Below are positions 26,473-36,313 of a DNA stretch of 64,000 nucleotides, in pieces; within the stretch, counting starts at the first letter, position 1, and the number at the start of each line of letters is the position of its first letter. Source of the DNA: Candidatus Omnitrophota bacterium (GTDB lineage Bacteria; Omnitrophota; Gorgyraeia; Zapsychrales; Fredricksoniimonadaceae); NCBI GenBank assembly GCA_044225175.1, contig JBGAJA010000002.1, positions 472,991 through 536,990 on the forward strand, written 5' to 3'. The notes under the pieces are model-generated. The model had not been told where the DNA came from and ran no database searches. It saw only the letters and a program-made list of their open reading frames with translations. The position numbers and the translations under genes were made by a program.

Positions 26473-28476
26473 ATGAAAGTCTTTGGCTTGATTATTTTAT
26501 TGTTTGTTATTAGTACGAATTATGTCTGCGCGGAAAATACCTTCGATTTGGATTCAATTACAATCAGTGCTTCTCGAAGCAATGAGGATATAAATGATAT
26601 CAATAAGAATGTTTCAGTCATCACTTCCGAAGAGATTGCTAATTCGCCTCAGAAATCTTTACCTGAACTTTTAGGGGCACAGGCGGGTGTTTATGGGATT
26701 AAATATGGAAATATTAAGAATTCCCAAGTCGATTTGGGTGGTTTTGGTGAAACGAGTCTTTCTAATACATTAATTTTAGTCAATGGTCGTAGGACAAACC
26801 AAATTGATCTTTCTGGTCAAGATTGGTCACAGATTGATCTAAATTCAATTGAACGTATTGAAATTATCAAAGGATCAGGAACAGTGCTTTATGGGGACAA
26901 TGCAGATGGAGGTGTCATTAATATTGTCACTAAGAAAGGACATAAAGAGTCCAAACCATCAATCGCACTGTCTAATGAAATTGGCAGCTATCAAAGTCAG
27001 AAGCATGGGTTTGATTTAAGCGGCGGGACAAAGCTTGTAGATTATCAAGCTAGTTTTTCTCATCAAGAAGATGGCGGCTTTCGGGGTCAAAGTAACTATT
27101 GGGCCAATGATCTTAATACCAGATTAGGGTTTGATCCGACAGATAATTTTGGTGTTGATTTTTCACAAGGATATCACTTGGATCGTTACCAATTACCAGG
27201 GGCTTTATTCTTAAGTAATATTAAAGATTTGGGATATGAGGGAGTTAGACCCTCTCTTAGAAATGATCACGGCTGGACCTCAGATTCTCATTTTGATCTC
27301 ACCCCTCGTGTAAAGCTTGATGTGGGGGCAAGTGATGGTGAATTCTCTGTATTTACTTCTGAACGCAGGCGTACCAATAAGTTTTTTACCGGTACAACAG
27401 TTTACGAAACAATGTCTGAAATTAATTCTTATGAGTTTCAACCAAAGTTTGTTTTATCAACACCCTTAGATCGATTTGGTAATAAATTTACGATCGGATT
27501 CGATGAATTTTATGCCAAGAATGAACGGCGCAGCGGTTATTTAGGACCCAGCCAGGATCTAGTATTTATTACAAAGTCAACACATGGTGTCTATCTCCTG
27601 GATGAATTAACATTAGATGAAAAATGGCTTTTAAATACAGGCCTTCGTCAAACATGGGCTAAGTACGTTTTTGATCAAAAAGCGCAAATCAGCGGGAAAT
27701 CATGGGTTACTACCAGGACTCCCGGATATGAAGAAGGGATTGGCTATAAATATAATGCCAATTCTAAAGTTTATGCCAATTATTCCCACAGTTATCGTTT
27801 GCCAGCAGTAGATGAATTTTATCAAAATATTTATGATTTCGGGGGTGGGCCCGGGGGAGGTTTGAATACAAATTTGACTTTCCAGACCGGAAATGAGTAT
27901 CAATTTGGAATTAAAGACAATACATTCAAAAACACAAAACTTGGTGTAAATTTCTCAGTATCACAGTTTAAAAATGAGATCTATTTGGACCCATCAACTT
28001 TCAACAATACGAATTATGATGGAAGAACTAGACATTACACTGTTTCAGCGGAAGCTTCCCGTGAGTTCTGGGATAATAAAATTGAGCCTTTTATCAATGT
28101 CACATTTCAGGAAGCACATTTTATAAAAGGTATTTATGATAATAACGAGATCCCTTTCGTACCTACTCAAATGGCGCATACTGGTGTGACTTTTCGACCT
28201 ATTGACCGATTAAGTACAAGTATTAGTGTGGATCAGATAGGAGAAAGGTTTGCAATTGCAGATCCCACCAATACAACGCCAAAACTTAAACGCTTCGCTA
28301 CTGCCGATTGGAATATTAAGTATGGTTTTAGAAATATTGATCTCTGGTTTAGTTTAAATAACCTTTTTGATACTAAATATAATGCATATGGAGTATATTC
28401 CACATTTTCTGCAGATACAGGGTATTACCCCGCGCCTGGGCGTAATGTAAATGCAGGTGTGAAGGTTAAGTTTTAA
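26473..28476 (+). CDS. TonB-dependent outer-membrane receptor (BtuB-like vitamin B12 transporter inferred from the riboswitch)
   Basis: Signal peptide; TonB-box/plug (DSITISASR, ...VNGRRT...); beta-barrel-length body; C-terminal aromatic (…VKVKF). Confidence 0.85.
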   Translation: MKVFGLIILLFVISTNYVCAENTFDLDSITISASRSNEDINDINKNVSVITSEEIANSPQKSLPELLGAQAGVYGIKYGNIKNSQVDLGGFGETSLSNTLILVNGRRTNQIDLSGQDWSQIDLNSIERIEIIKGSGTVLYGDNADGGVINIVTKKGHKESKPSIALSNEIGSYQSQKHGFDLSGGTKLVDYQASFSHQEDGGFRGQSNYWANDLNTRLGFDPTDNFGVDFSQGYHLDRYQLPGALFLSNIKDLGYEGVRPSLRNDHGWTSDSHFDLTPRVKLDVGASDGEFSVFTSERRRTNKFFTGTTVYETMSEINSYEFQPKFVLSTPLDRFGNKFTIGFDEFYAKNERRSGYLGPSQDLVFITKSTHGVYLLDELTLDEKWLLNTGLRQTWAKYVFDQKAQISGKSWVTTRTPGYEEGIGYKYNANSKVYANYSHSYRLPAVDEFYQNIYDFGGGPGGGLNTNLTFQTGNEYQFGIKDNTFKNTKLGVNFSVSQFKNEIYLDPSTFNNTNYDGRTRHYTVSAEASREFWDNKIEPFINVTFQEAHFIKGIYDNNEIPFVPTQMAHTGVTFRPIDRLSTSISVDQIGERFAIADPTNTTPKLKRFATADWNIKYGFRNIDLWFSLNNLFDTKYNAYGVYSTFSADTGYYPAPGRNVNAGVKVKF

Positions 28477-29339
28477 ACCCTTATTTTTTCAAGGATGGTA
28501 TCTGTAGGGGAAACCTTATTGAGGGTATAGAAATGCAATCCAGGAACTCCTGAAGCTAGGAGTTCCTGGCATTGTTTGACTGCAAATGCAATGCCTGCCT
28601 CTAGAATTTTTTCTGGATTATCTGCAATAGGTTTAAAAATATCGTGCACTTCCTGAGGGATAGATGCTCCGCAAATGGAACAAAATCGAATTAAGCCGTT
28701 GTAATCCGTAATAGGTAGGATTCCTGGAAAGATCTTTGTAGTCACACCCAGCTTCCTTAGACGCGCTACATAATCAAAATAGTCCTGATTATTAAAAAAT
28801 AGCTGAGTGATGACAAAATCAGCCCCAGCATCAATTTTACTCTTGAGGTATTGGGCATCCAAGTCGCGATTCTGAGCTAGAAGGTGGCCTTCTGGAAAAC
28901 CCGCTACACCAATTTTAAAATAAGAACCAAAATGTTCGCGAATAAATGCAACAAGTTGACAGCTGTATTGAAAATTATCAGGACCTGGCTGCCAATTGGG
29001 ATTATCCCTAGGAGGGTCCCCACGAAGAGCCAGCACATGGTCAATGCCGCGGTTTTTCATTTCTTGTAATATCACTTTAATTTCATCTTTGGTATGTAAT
29101 ACACACGTCAAATGAGCGGTGGTAGGGACATGATGGACTTTTTGGATATGTTCGACTATATCGAGCGTTTTGCCTCGACTTCCACCACCTGCACCATAAG
29201 TGCATGAAAAGAAGTTTGGCTTTAGCTCACAAAACTTGGAAATTGCACTTAAAAGCTTAGAGTAGCCTTCTTCTGTCTTTGGGGGAAACAGTTCAAAGGA
29301 GAAGGTGACCTGATTATTTTTAAGAAGATCTTTATGCAT
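28473..29339 (-). CDS. metF: 5,10-methylenetetrahydrofolate reductase
   Basis: FSFELFPPKT...TYGAGG...RGDPP MetF signature blocks. Convergent with, and overlapping, the receptor stop by 4 nt. Confidence 0.85.
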   Translation of the reverse strand: MHKDLLKNNQVTFSFELFPPKTEEGYSKLLSAISKFCELKPNFFSCTYGAGGGSRGKTLDIVEHIQKVHHVPTTAHLTCVLHTKDEIKVILQEMKNRGIDHVLALRGDPPRDNPNWQPGPDNFQYSCQLVAFIREHFGSYFKIGVAGFPEGHLLAQNRDLDAQYLKSKIDAGADFVITQLFFNNQDYFDYVARLRKLGVTTKIFPGILPITDYNGLIRFCSICGASIPQEVHDIFKPIADNPEKILEAGIAFAVKQCQELLASGVPGLHFYTLNKVSPTDTILEKIRV

Positions 29340-29471
29340 GGGGGCTATTATATATTATTTTGAATACTATTCCATTTTTTATGATTGCATTTGAATTGCA
29401 TATCTTTTATTATTCAATCACTTTATAGCATATTAATTTTATGTTTTGAACCTGTTTAGGGCGTAAAGATC

Positions 29472-30896
29472 ATGGCGCAGCTTTATTATAGAAGTTCTTT
29501 GGCATGTGTTTCTTTGATTTGTTTAGCTTATTGGACTTTTCTCATACAGTCGACGGAAATGCAGGTGGTTTTTGATGCGATTGGTTATGAAGATGGGGGA
29601 AAGGTGGTTGCTCAAAAAGGAGGCTTGGCTTATTTTAAGGCAGGTCTTAATCGGGAACCTCTGTATTCTTTTATCATTGCTTTTTGTATGAAGTTGGGGG
29701 AACATTTCCATATTTCTTATCAGATTTTTCAAAAGATCCTTCAAATTGGTCTTCTTTTTATAACCCAAATACTCTTTTTGATTATTTTACGAGCAATGGA
29801 CATACATAAGGTAATTCAAATTCTTGCTTTATTATATTTGGGATTCTCACCAGCCTTACTGAACGCATCGTTGAGTCTTTTTTCAGAAGTGGCTACATTT
29901 CCTTTTGTTCTAGGAGGGGTTTTTTTATTATATCGTTCATGGCAGGTGATTCGAGGTGCTCGAAAGGGTTCTATTATTTTTTTTGGAGTATTAACAGGAT
30001 TAGACTTCTTATTCATTGCCTGGGTCAAGGGAATATATATGTTAGTCTTTTTTATCGTTCTGATGCATTTCATAGTGGCTGCTATTTACTTTCATCAAAA
30101 GAACAAGATTTTGAGCAGAAATAAAAGTCTACAGTTTCTTTGTCTCACGGCTTTAGTGTTTTTCCTGGGAGTTTTTAGCATTTTCTTTCTAAATCACAAA
30201 TATAATGGCCATTTTCAATATACGACTCGTACCACAAATTCTCTATTTGGCAGTGCTTACAAACGTACTCAGCCTTTAACTCCTAGAATAGTTCTTGCCC
30301 ATATCGCAAACATACCTGGCCAAGGTGTATGCTTAAGGTTCTTCTCGGAAGAAGAGTGCAAGTATTGTGAATTTCTTTCCGCAGATTACTTTTCAGGAAC
30401 AGTTCTAGCTGCTAAACTCAACAATGTACCAGAAGAAAAGAGAGAACAAGAAGCTGGTCATTTGATTGTTGCTCAAATTAAAACTAACCCTATCCAATAT
30501 ATCTTGTTTATGGGGTATGAATCATTACGGATGTTCTTTTGGGAATCGACAAAAATAGGTTTTGTTACTTATCCGCCATTTCTTCACAAACTGTACAATT
30601 TGGCACTTTTTAAGGATGGTTTACGTTTACTGGTCTCTTTAATTACTATTTGTTCGTTTGTCTTTATTTTCTTAACATTATCAAAAGCGAAGCGTTATTT
30701 ATTTGAGGATTCAAGCTTGGGTACTAGAATGCAGATAGGGTATTTTGCATTCATGATTATCTTGGCCCATACATTCTTTTATTCTTTTGCCTTCACATTG
30801 ACCCGGTATGCTTTACCTATTGCTTCTTTGTATTTATTATGTATAGTTCTTTTTTTACAGAATTTTATTAAGCCTCAAGAAAGGAAAGAAATATGA
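29472..30896 (+). CDS. polytopic membrane protein (474 aa), putative GT-C/ArnT-like glycosyltransferase, function unknown
   Basis: Hydrophobicity pattern only. Confidence 0.35.
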   Translation: MAQLYYRSSLACVSLICLAYWTFLIQSTEMQVVFDAIGYEDGGKVVAQKGGLAYFKAGLNREPLYSFIIAFCMKLGEHFHISYQIFQKILQIGLLFITQILFLIILRAMDIHKVIQILALLYLGFSPALLNASLSLFSEVATFPFVLGGVFLLYRSWQVIRGARKGSIIFFGVLTGLDFLFIAWVKGIYMLVFFIVLMHFIVAAIYFHQKNKILSRNKSLQFLCLTALVFFLGVFSIFFLNHKYNGHFQYTTRTTNSLFGSAYKRTQPLTPRIVLAHIANIPGQGVCLRFFSEEECKYCEFLSADYFSGTVLAAKLNNVPEEKREQEAGHLIVAQIKTNPIQYILFMGYESLRMFFWESTKIGFVTYPPFLHKLYNLALFKDGLRLLVSLITICSFVFIFLTLSKAKRYLFEDSSLGTRMQIGYFAFMIILAHTFFYSFAFTLTRYALPIASLYLLCIVLFLQNFIKPQERKEI

Positions 30897-31342
30897 TTGA
30901 TGGAGTAAAAATTAAACAATTGAAGATTATCCCCGATGATAGAGGCAAATTAATGGAAATGTTGCGCTGCGATGATGCTATTTTTGATGCTTTTGGGCAG
31001 GTTTATTTTACAACCGGCTTACCAGGAGTGATCAAAGCATGGCATTACCATCAACACCAATCCGATAACTTTATTTGTGTGGCTGGACGTATTAAATTGG
31101 CCCTTTATGATGCGAGAGAAGGTTCTCCAACAAAAGGTGAAACTAATGAGTTTTATTTGAGTTTGGCTGAACCTAAGCTGGTGTACATTCCTAAAATGGT
31201 GTATCATGGCTTCAAATGTGTGAGTCAAGAAGAAGCGATGGTGATCAATGTGATCACTAAGCCTTATGATCATAAAAACCCCGATGAGCTGCGCATTGAT
31301 GCTTTTGATCCTGCGATCGGCTATGATTGGAATAAAGACTAA
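30893..31342 (+). CDS. small cupin sugar-nucleotide epimerase/isomerase (RmlC-like; its size fits FdtA/WxcM-type 3,4-ketoisomerases)
   Basis: MIDGVKIKxLxxIPDDRGKLMEM N-terminus typical of RmlC-fold cupins. Only 149 aa. Confidence 0.55.
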   Translation: MIDGVKIKQLKIIPDDRGKLMEMLRCDDAIFDAFGQVYFTTGLPGVIKAWHYHQHQSDNFICVAGRIKLALYDAREGSPTKGETNEFYLSLAEPKLVYIPKMVYHGFKCVSQEEAMVINVITKPYDHKNPDELRIDAFDPAIGYDWNKD

Positions 31343-31354
31343 GGAATTGAATTT

Positions 31355-32089
31355 ATGAAAGGTGTCATCTTAGCTGGGGGATTGGGAAAACGCCTTGATC
31401 CCTTAACACGTATCACCAATAAACATCTACTGCCTGTTTATAATAAACCTATGATTTATTATCCCATCCACACTCTGGTTGGGGCGGGGGTGGATGAGAT
31501 ACTTATTGTCACAGGCGGTAATCATGCCGGTGATTTTCTTAAACTTTTAGGTAATGGAGAAGAGTTTGGTTTAAAGGATCTGCGGTATGCCTATCAAAAC
31601 GGAGAAAAAGGGATTGCGGACGCGCTTAGATTGGCTGAAAATTTTGTGGATGGAGGCAAATTTATTGTAATTTTAGGTGATAATGTGTTGGATTGTTCTA
31701 TTAAACCTTTTGTAGAGAAATTTAAGAAACAGCCAAGTGGTGGGCGGATTTTGATTAAGAAAGTACCGGATCCTCAACGTTTTGGCGTGGTAGAGTTTAA
31801 AGGAAACAAGGTTGTTTCCATTGAAGAAAAGCCAAAGAAACCTAAATCAGACTGTATTGTGACCGGCATTTACATGTATGATGCCCAAGTATTTAAGTTC
31901 ATCAAAGACCTAAAGTTTTCCAATCGGGGGGAACTAGAGATCACAGATGTAAATAATATGTATCTCAAGAAACAAGAACTCTATTACGATGTTCTCAAAG
32001 GGCATTGGACAGATTGCGGGACTTTTCCATCCTTATTTCGTGCCAATCAGTTAGTCGCTAAATACTTTAAAGATGAGTGTGAAGATTAA
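31355..32089 (+). CDS. rfbA: glucose-1-phosphate thymidylyltransferase (short form) / sugar-phosphate nucleotidyltransferase
   Basis: MKGVILAGGLGKRLDPLTRxxNKHLLPVYNKPMIYYP closely matches the RmlA N-terminus. Confidence 0.7.
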   Translation: MKGVILAGGLGKRLDPLTRITNKHLLPVYNKPMIYYPIHTLVGAGVDEILIVTGGNHAGDFLKLLGNGEEFGLKDLRYAYQNGEKGIADALRLAENFVDGGKFIVILGDNVLDCSIKPFVEKFKKQPSGGRILIKKVPDPQRFGVVEFKGNKVVSIEEKPKKPKSDCIVTGIYMYDAQVFKFIKDLKFSNRGELEITDVNNMYLKKQELYYDVLKGHWTDCGTFPSLFRANQLVAKYFKDECED

Positions 32090-33059
32090 TATGCGAATTT
32101 TGATTACTGGAGGAGCGGGTTTTATTGGCTCCCATTTCGTCAAATATATTTTAAATAAGTATCCTTCCTACAAAATAGTCAATGTTGACAAGCTCACCTA
32201 CTCAGGAAATTTAGATAATTTAAAAGAATTAAAAGGAAATCCTCGTTATAAATTTATACGTGCCGATATTTGTGATGCGAAAGCTATAGATCGAATCATG
32301 AAGAAGGGCATTGATAATATTGTGCATTTTGCGGCGGAAACACATGTGGATCGTTCTATTAAAGATGGAGATGTTTTTGTCCGTACTAATGTTAATGGCA
32401 CCCACACTTTATTAGAAGCTGCGTTACGACATAAAGTTAAACGTTTCGTTCATGTGTCTACCGATGAGGTTTATGGTAGCCGGCTAAAGGGGTATTTTAA
32501 AGAGGACGATATATTAAATCCTAGCAGCCCCTATTCAGCTGCCAAAGCTTCTTCTGATTTATTGGCCCGGTCTTATTTCATTACCTATGGCATGGATGTT
32601 GTAATCACCCGCTGTTCCAATAATTTTGGACCTAATCAATACCCTGAAAAAGTAATCCCTTTATTTGTAACTAATCTCATTCAAGGAAAGAAAGTGCCTT
32701 TATATGGAACAGGTAAGAATGTAAGAGATTGGATTTATGTAGAAGACCATTGCCGTGGGGTAGATATTGTTTTACATAAAGGTAAGGCGGGTGAAATTTA
32801 TAATATTGCGGGGGAGAACTACCGCGACAACCTGACTTTGACCAAAACCATTCTCAAGATTATGAAACAATCTGCATCGATGATTCAGCCGGTTGAGGAT
32901 AGATTGGGGCATGATTTTCGTTATGCCATTGATTGTTCAAAGATCCGCACCATTGGCTTTAAACCCCAAGTCTCTTTTGAAGAGGGTATTGAAAAGACCG
33001 TGCGTTGGTACCAAGAGAATGCTTGGTGGTGGCGCAAGCTAAAAAATGCACACATTTAA
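32073..33059 (+). CDS. rfbB: dTDP-glucose 4,6-dehydratase
   Basis: ITGGAGFIGS; YSASKASSD catalytic YxxxK; RmlB-like C-terminus. Confidence 0.85.
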   Translation: MSVKINMRILITGGAGFIGSHFVKYILNKYPSYKIVNVDKLTYSGNLDNLKELKGNPRYKFIRADICDAKAIDRIMKKGIDNIVHFAAETHVDRSIKDGDVFVRTNVNGTHTLLEAALRHKVKRFVHVSTDEVYGSRLKGYFKEDDILNPSSPYSAAKASSDLLARSYFITYGMDVVITRCSNNFGPNQYPEKVIPLFVTNLIQGKKVPLYGTGKNVRDWIYVEDHCRGVDIVLHKGKAGEIYNIAGENYRDNLTLTKTILKIMKQSASMIQPVEDRLGHDFRYAIDCSKIRTIGFKPQVSFEEGIEKTVRWYQENAWWWRKLKNAHI

Positions 33060-33729
33060 ACGATTCATTTTTATTTCTCTCTTTCTTTTATTGATCCCAA
33101 TTACAGGTTTTCTCACAAGCATATGGCTTACACAGCATCATAATGAAGATTTTTATCAATTTGTAGGAGCACAGACCAAATACACTAAACAAGAGCTTAA
33201 GAATTCAGGAGTCTTACCTCAAACATTTTGTAAAGATCAGGCATCTAATCCTTCTATGAAAGGTTTTTGTATTGCTTATGAACATTTCGATTCTTTAAAG
33301 AAATTCAGCCAGGCAGGGATTATCCTAGGGATTGGTCTGTTGGTATTAATCAAAGTAATTGCCTTCATTGTCAAGTTTAACACGCAGTTATATGCATTAT
33401 TGTTCTCATTCTTTCCTCTCATTGCGATGTTATTGCTGAGTGTTTCCGTAGCAATTCAAACCATTATTCTCTCCAACACAGTGTTTCTTATTAAATTATT
33501 TAGATTTCATCAGAATGATGTAGGTGTTATTGAAAGCTTTTTTATTATTGGAATGATTTTATTCTTTGGAACACTTGCCATGGCATTTTCAAATGTAGAG
33601 GGAACTATTAATCAATTGCGTTTTAAGCCAGATATCGATGATGAAGATAGTCGCAGAATATTCTTCTATCCAGTACGTTTGTTTCTAGAAGAATGTTCAG
33701 CTCCTTTTGTTAAAAAGACTAGCCTATGA
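33046..33729 (+). CDS. hypothetical membrane protein (227 aa)
   Basis: ORF track, hydrophobic segments. Confidence 0.35.
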   Translation: MHTFKRFIFISLFLLLIPITGFLTSIWLTQHHNEDFYQFVGAQTKYTKQELKNSGVLPQTFCKDQASNPSMKGFCIAYEHFDSLKKFSQAGIILGIGLLVLIKVIAFIVKFNTQLYALLFSFFPLIAMLLLSVSVAIQTIILSNTVFLIKLFRFHQNDVGVIESFFIIGMILFFGTLAMAFSNVEGTINQLRFKPDIDDEDSRRIFFYPVRLFLEECSAPFVKKTSL

Positions 33730-35657
33730 ACCATATTCAGTTGATTCTTTTTTTGTTTTTCGTAGGATCTGCTTTTATTTCGGGTGTTGCTATTTATACC
33801 TATATAGGGGTGAATCGATCCGCAGTTGCCAAGAACCGTGCCATATATTTTAGTGAAACAATCATATTGGGAAGTGCCTTTATCTATGGACTTTTTATGT
33901 TGCTTTCCATGGTCCATCTATACACTAAAGAGTTCTTGTTTGTAGCAGTGGCGGTCAATTATTTATTGCTACTTCGTCAGGATATTCGACGAGAGTTAAA
34001 TAGATTCTGGATAGCTACCTTACCAAGCTCAATTACATTTTATGTATTTGCTGTGATTTTGTTCGTTTTCATCTTTCGCAATTATTACTTCCAGGTCAAT
34101 ATTGATTCGCATATTTCGTATTTAGCTGCCCAAAAACTTTGGCTTCTCAATCAAACTAGTATTTTGGGGTCAGCTGTCAATGATATTCGAATTTTTAACC
34201 CTCATTTTGAAGATATCCTAGCCGCATTAGGGATTTCTTTTTACCCCAATGAGTTGTTGTATCCTCAGCTCATTAATATTTTATTCCGAGTGATTACTAT
34301 TCTTTTGGTTTATGGATACACGACCTATCGTCTGGGCTCTTTTTATGGATTGGCGGCATCCCTCTTTGTTATGTTTAATCTTCATTTTTATGTTTCTGGA
34401 GCAAATCGTTGGATATTAATGAATGGGATGTTAATAGCCTTGTTTTTTTCTGCTGCGTACAATTTTTATGAAAGTTACCGAAAGGCAGATACACACAGAT
34501 TCTTTTTAGCCATAATTTTTCTCATGCTTTTCCCATGTAATAAATATCAAAGCCTTTATATTCTTCTATTGTGTTTGGTGATGGGGTTATGGATACAGCC
34601 GTCATTAAAGAAAATTTTTGATGAGCTGTTTGTGGATCGAAGAAAGTTAGTAGTTCTTGGGTCTTTCTTTGAGATTGCAAGTTTATATTTTATCAAGAAC
34701 TGGATAGCAACAGGATGGCCTTTTTTTCCGCTATTTTCTTCACATCTCAATATCTTTAATCGTGATATACAAATGGAACAAGTCTTTAATCAGGTGCATC
34801 GGGGCGTAAACTGGATACAACTTTTAAATTATAATGGGTTTCTATTTTTATGGCATGGTATGAGGCCAGCGTGGTGGATCTTTATTTCATTTTTCTTTCT
34901 TCCAATTATTCTTCTTGGAATATTGAAAAATAAAAACATCCCTACAGAAGAAACAAAAGAGTTTGCTTTTTGGCTTGCCATGTCTTTTTTTGGCATTTGT
35001 GGGATGTGTCTGGCCAGTCATCAAGACCCTCGCCAGTATGTTTTTGTCCTTGGCATTCTGTCTTTCTCGGCAGTTTATGTGTGGCATTATATTCTGACTC
35101 ATCTTTTTCGCCTACAAAACCGTTTGAAGATCATTGCCCAACTTTTGATTCTGGTTTACAGCGCTCAAGGAGCAAGCATTCTTATTCCACATAAAGACAC
35201 ATTTGATCTGCCAACATTCCAAGATAATATCGGAGTGTTAACAGATAAGATTCATACTGCTGATATTCTTGCTCGGTATTTCCCGTATACAAATATGATT
35301 AATGAAGCTTTTAGATTGCACCCTGAAATTATGGCAAAATCTGCGTATACTTATTACATAGGAACGACAGATTATTCGCTTTTTCTAGTGCCTCCAAGGC
35401 CTATTATTGGTCTTTTCTTTACGTCTCTTGTTAAATGGAAGTCATATGAAAAGATAGAATGGATTGTCGAAGACTTAAAGAAACACGATATTCAATCTGT
35501 CATTGATATAAGAGATAATCATATGGTTATGCTGTCGCCAGAGGAATTTGCACAGCAAGAGATCAAGAGAAACAGATTTCCACCCCAAACACTTCAGGAG
35601 TACGGATTCCCGCCCGAATTAAAAGATACTGACTACAGACGGATATTAAATAAATGA
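33726..35657 (+). CDS. polytopic membrane protein (643 aa) with C-terminal soluble domain; unknown, possibly GT-C-like
   Basis: Hydrophobicity pattern. Confidence 0.4.
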   Translation: MNHIQLILFLFFVGSAFISGVAIYTYIGVNRSAVAKNRAIYFSETIILGSAFIYGLFMLLSMVHLYTKEFLFVAVAVNYLLLLRQDIRRELNRFWIATLPSSITFYVFAVILFVFIFRNYYFQVNIDSHISYLAAQKLWLLNQTSILGSAVNDIRIFNPHFEDILAALGISFYPNELLYPQLINILFRVITILLVYGYTTYRLGSFYGLAASLFVMFNLHFYVSGANRWILMNGMLIALFFSAAYNFYESYRKADTHRFFLAIIFLMLFPCNKYQSLYILLLCLVMGLWIQPSLKKIFDELFVDRRKLVVLGSFFEIASLYFIKNWIATGWPFFPLFSSHLNIFNRDIQMEQVFNQVHRGVNWIQLLNYNGFLFLWHGMRPAWWIFISFFFLPIILLGILKNKNIPTEETKEFAFWLAMSFFGICGMCLASHQDPRQYVFVLGILSFSAVYVWHYILTHLFRLQNRLKIIAQLLILVYSAQGASILIPHKDTFDLPTFQDNIGVLTDKIHTADILARYFPYTNMINEAFRLHPEIMAKSAYTYYIGTTDYSLFLVPPRPIIGLFFTSLVKWKSYEKIEWIVEDLKKHDIQSVIDIRDNHMVMLSPEEFAQQEIKRNRFPPQTLQEYGFPPELKDTDYRRILNK

Positions 35658-35673
35658 TCCAGTATAAAACCTA

Positions 35674-35701
35674 TTGACATAGATAGGGTTATATTTATAA
35701 T
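35674..35701 (+). promoter_or_regulatory. sigma70-consensus promoter (TTGACA-16 nt-TATAAT)
   Basis: ttgaca at 35674-35679 and tataat at 35696-35701, ~25 nt upstream of the ATG at 35727. Confidence 0.5.
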
Positions 35702-35726
35702 GTTCACAATTTGAACGGTAACTACT

Positions 35727-36296
35727 ATGTCTAAAGACTCCTTAAACGAACGTGAATTTGAGTTGGTTAACATCCTTGGCTACAAGCTGGAATCCAGTCA
35801 GCGCGGGCTTTCTCGCCAGTTGAACCTTTCTTTGGGAGCTACTAATATCCTTATCCGCCGTTTGGTTACTAAAGGTTATATCCGCGTCCAACAATTGAAT
35901 AAAAAGAAGGTCCAGTATTTATTGACCCCTAAAGGGTTTGCCGAAAAGATGAACAAGTCCATAAAATATACCTGGGCTACCGTTCGCCACATTACTTTAT
36001 TGCAAGAGGCATTAAGTAAGATACTGAGTGCTTTGCATGTTAAGGGGCATAAGAAATTTTATGTGGCGGGTGATTCAGGTTTGGTGGAAATGGTGACCTT
36101 AGTTTTCTATCAAGCCTTGCCTAAAGAATGTAGCTTTGTCTATGTCAAGGAGATGTCTCCTCATATGGATGATGGTTGTATTTTGATTTGTGAAGAGAAA
36201 ATGGCGCGCAACAAACAATTGCCAGCGCATGCCGTAGATTTAATTTCTGAATTAGCAAAGTCTAAGGGTTTTATTGATCAAGCAGTTTTACAATAA
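35727..36296 (+). CDS. winged-helix (MarR-like) DNA-binding protein with uncharacterised C-terminal domain
   Basis: N-terminal REFELVNILGY...SQRGLSRQLNLSLGATNILIRRLVTKGYI resembles a wHTH recognition helix and wing. Confidence 0.35.
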   Translation: MSKDSLNEREFELVNILGYKLESSQRGLSRQLNLSLGATNILIRRLVTKGYIRVQQLNKKKVQYLLTPKGFAEKMNKSIKYTWATVRHITLLQEALSKILSALHVKGHKKFYVAGDSGLVEMVTLVFYQALPKECSFVYVKEMSPHMDDGCILICEEKMARNKQLPAHAVDLISELAKSKGFIDQAVLQ

Positions 36297-36313
36297 GAAA
36301 AGGAATAAAAGAT

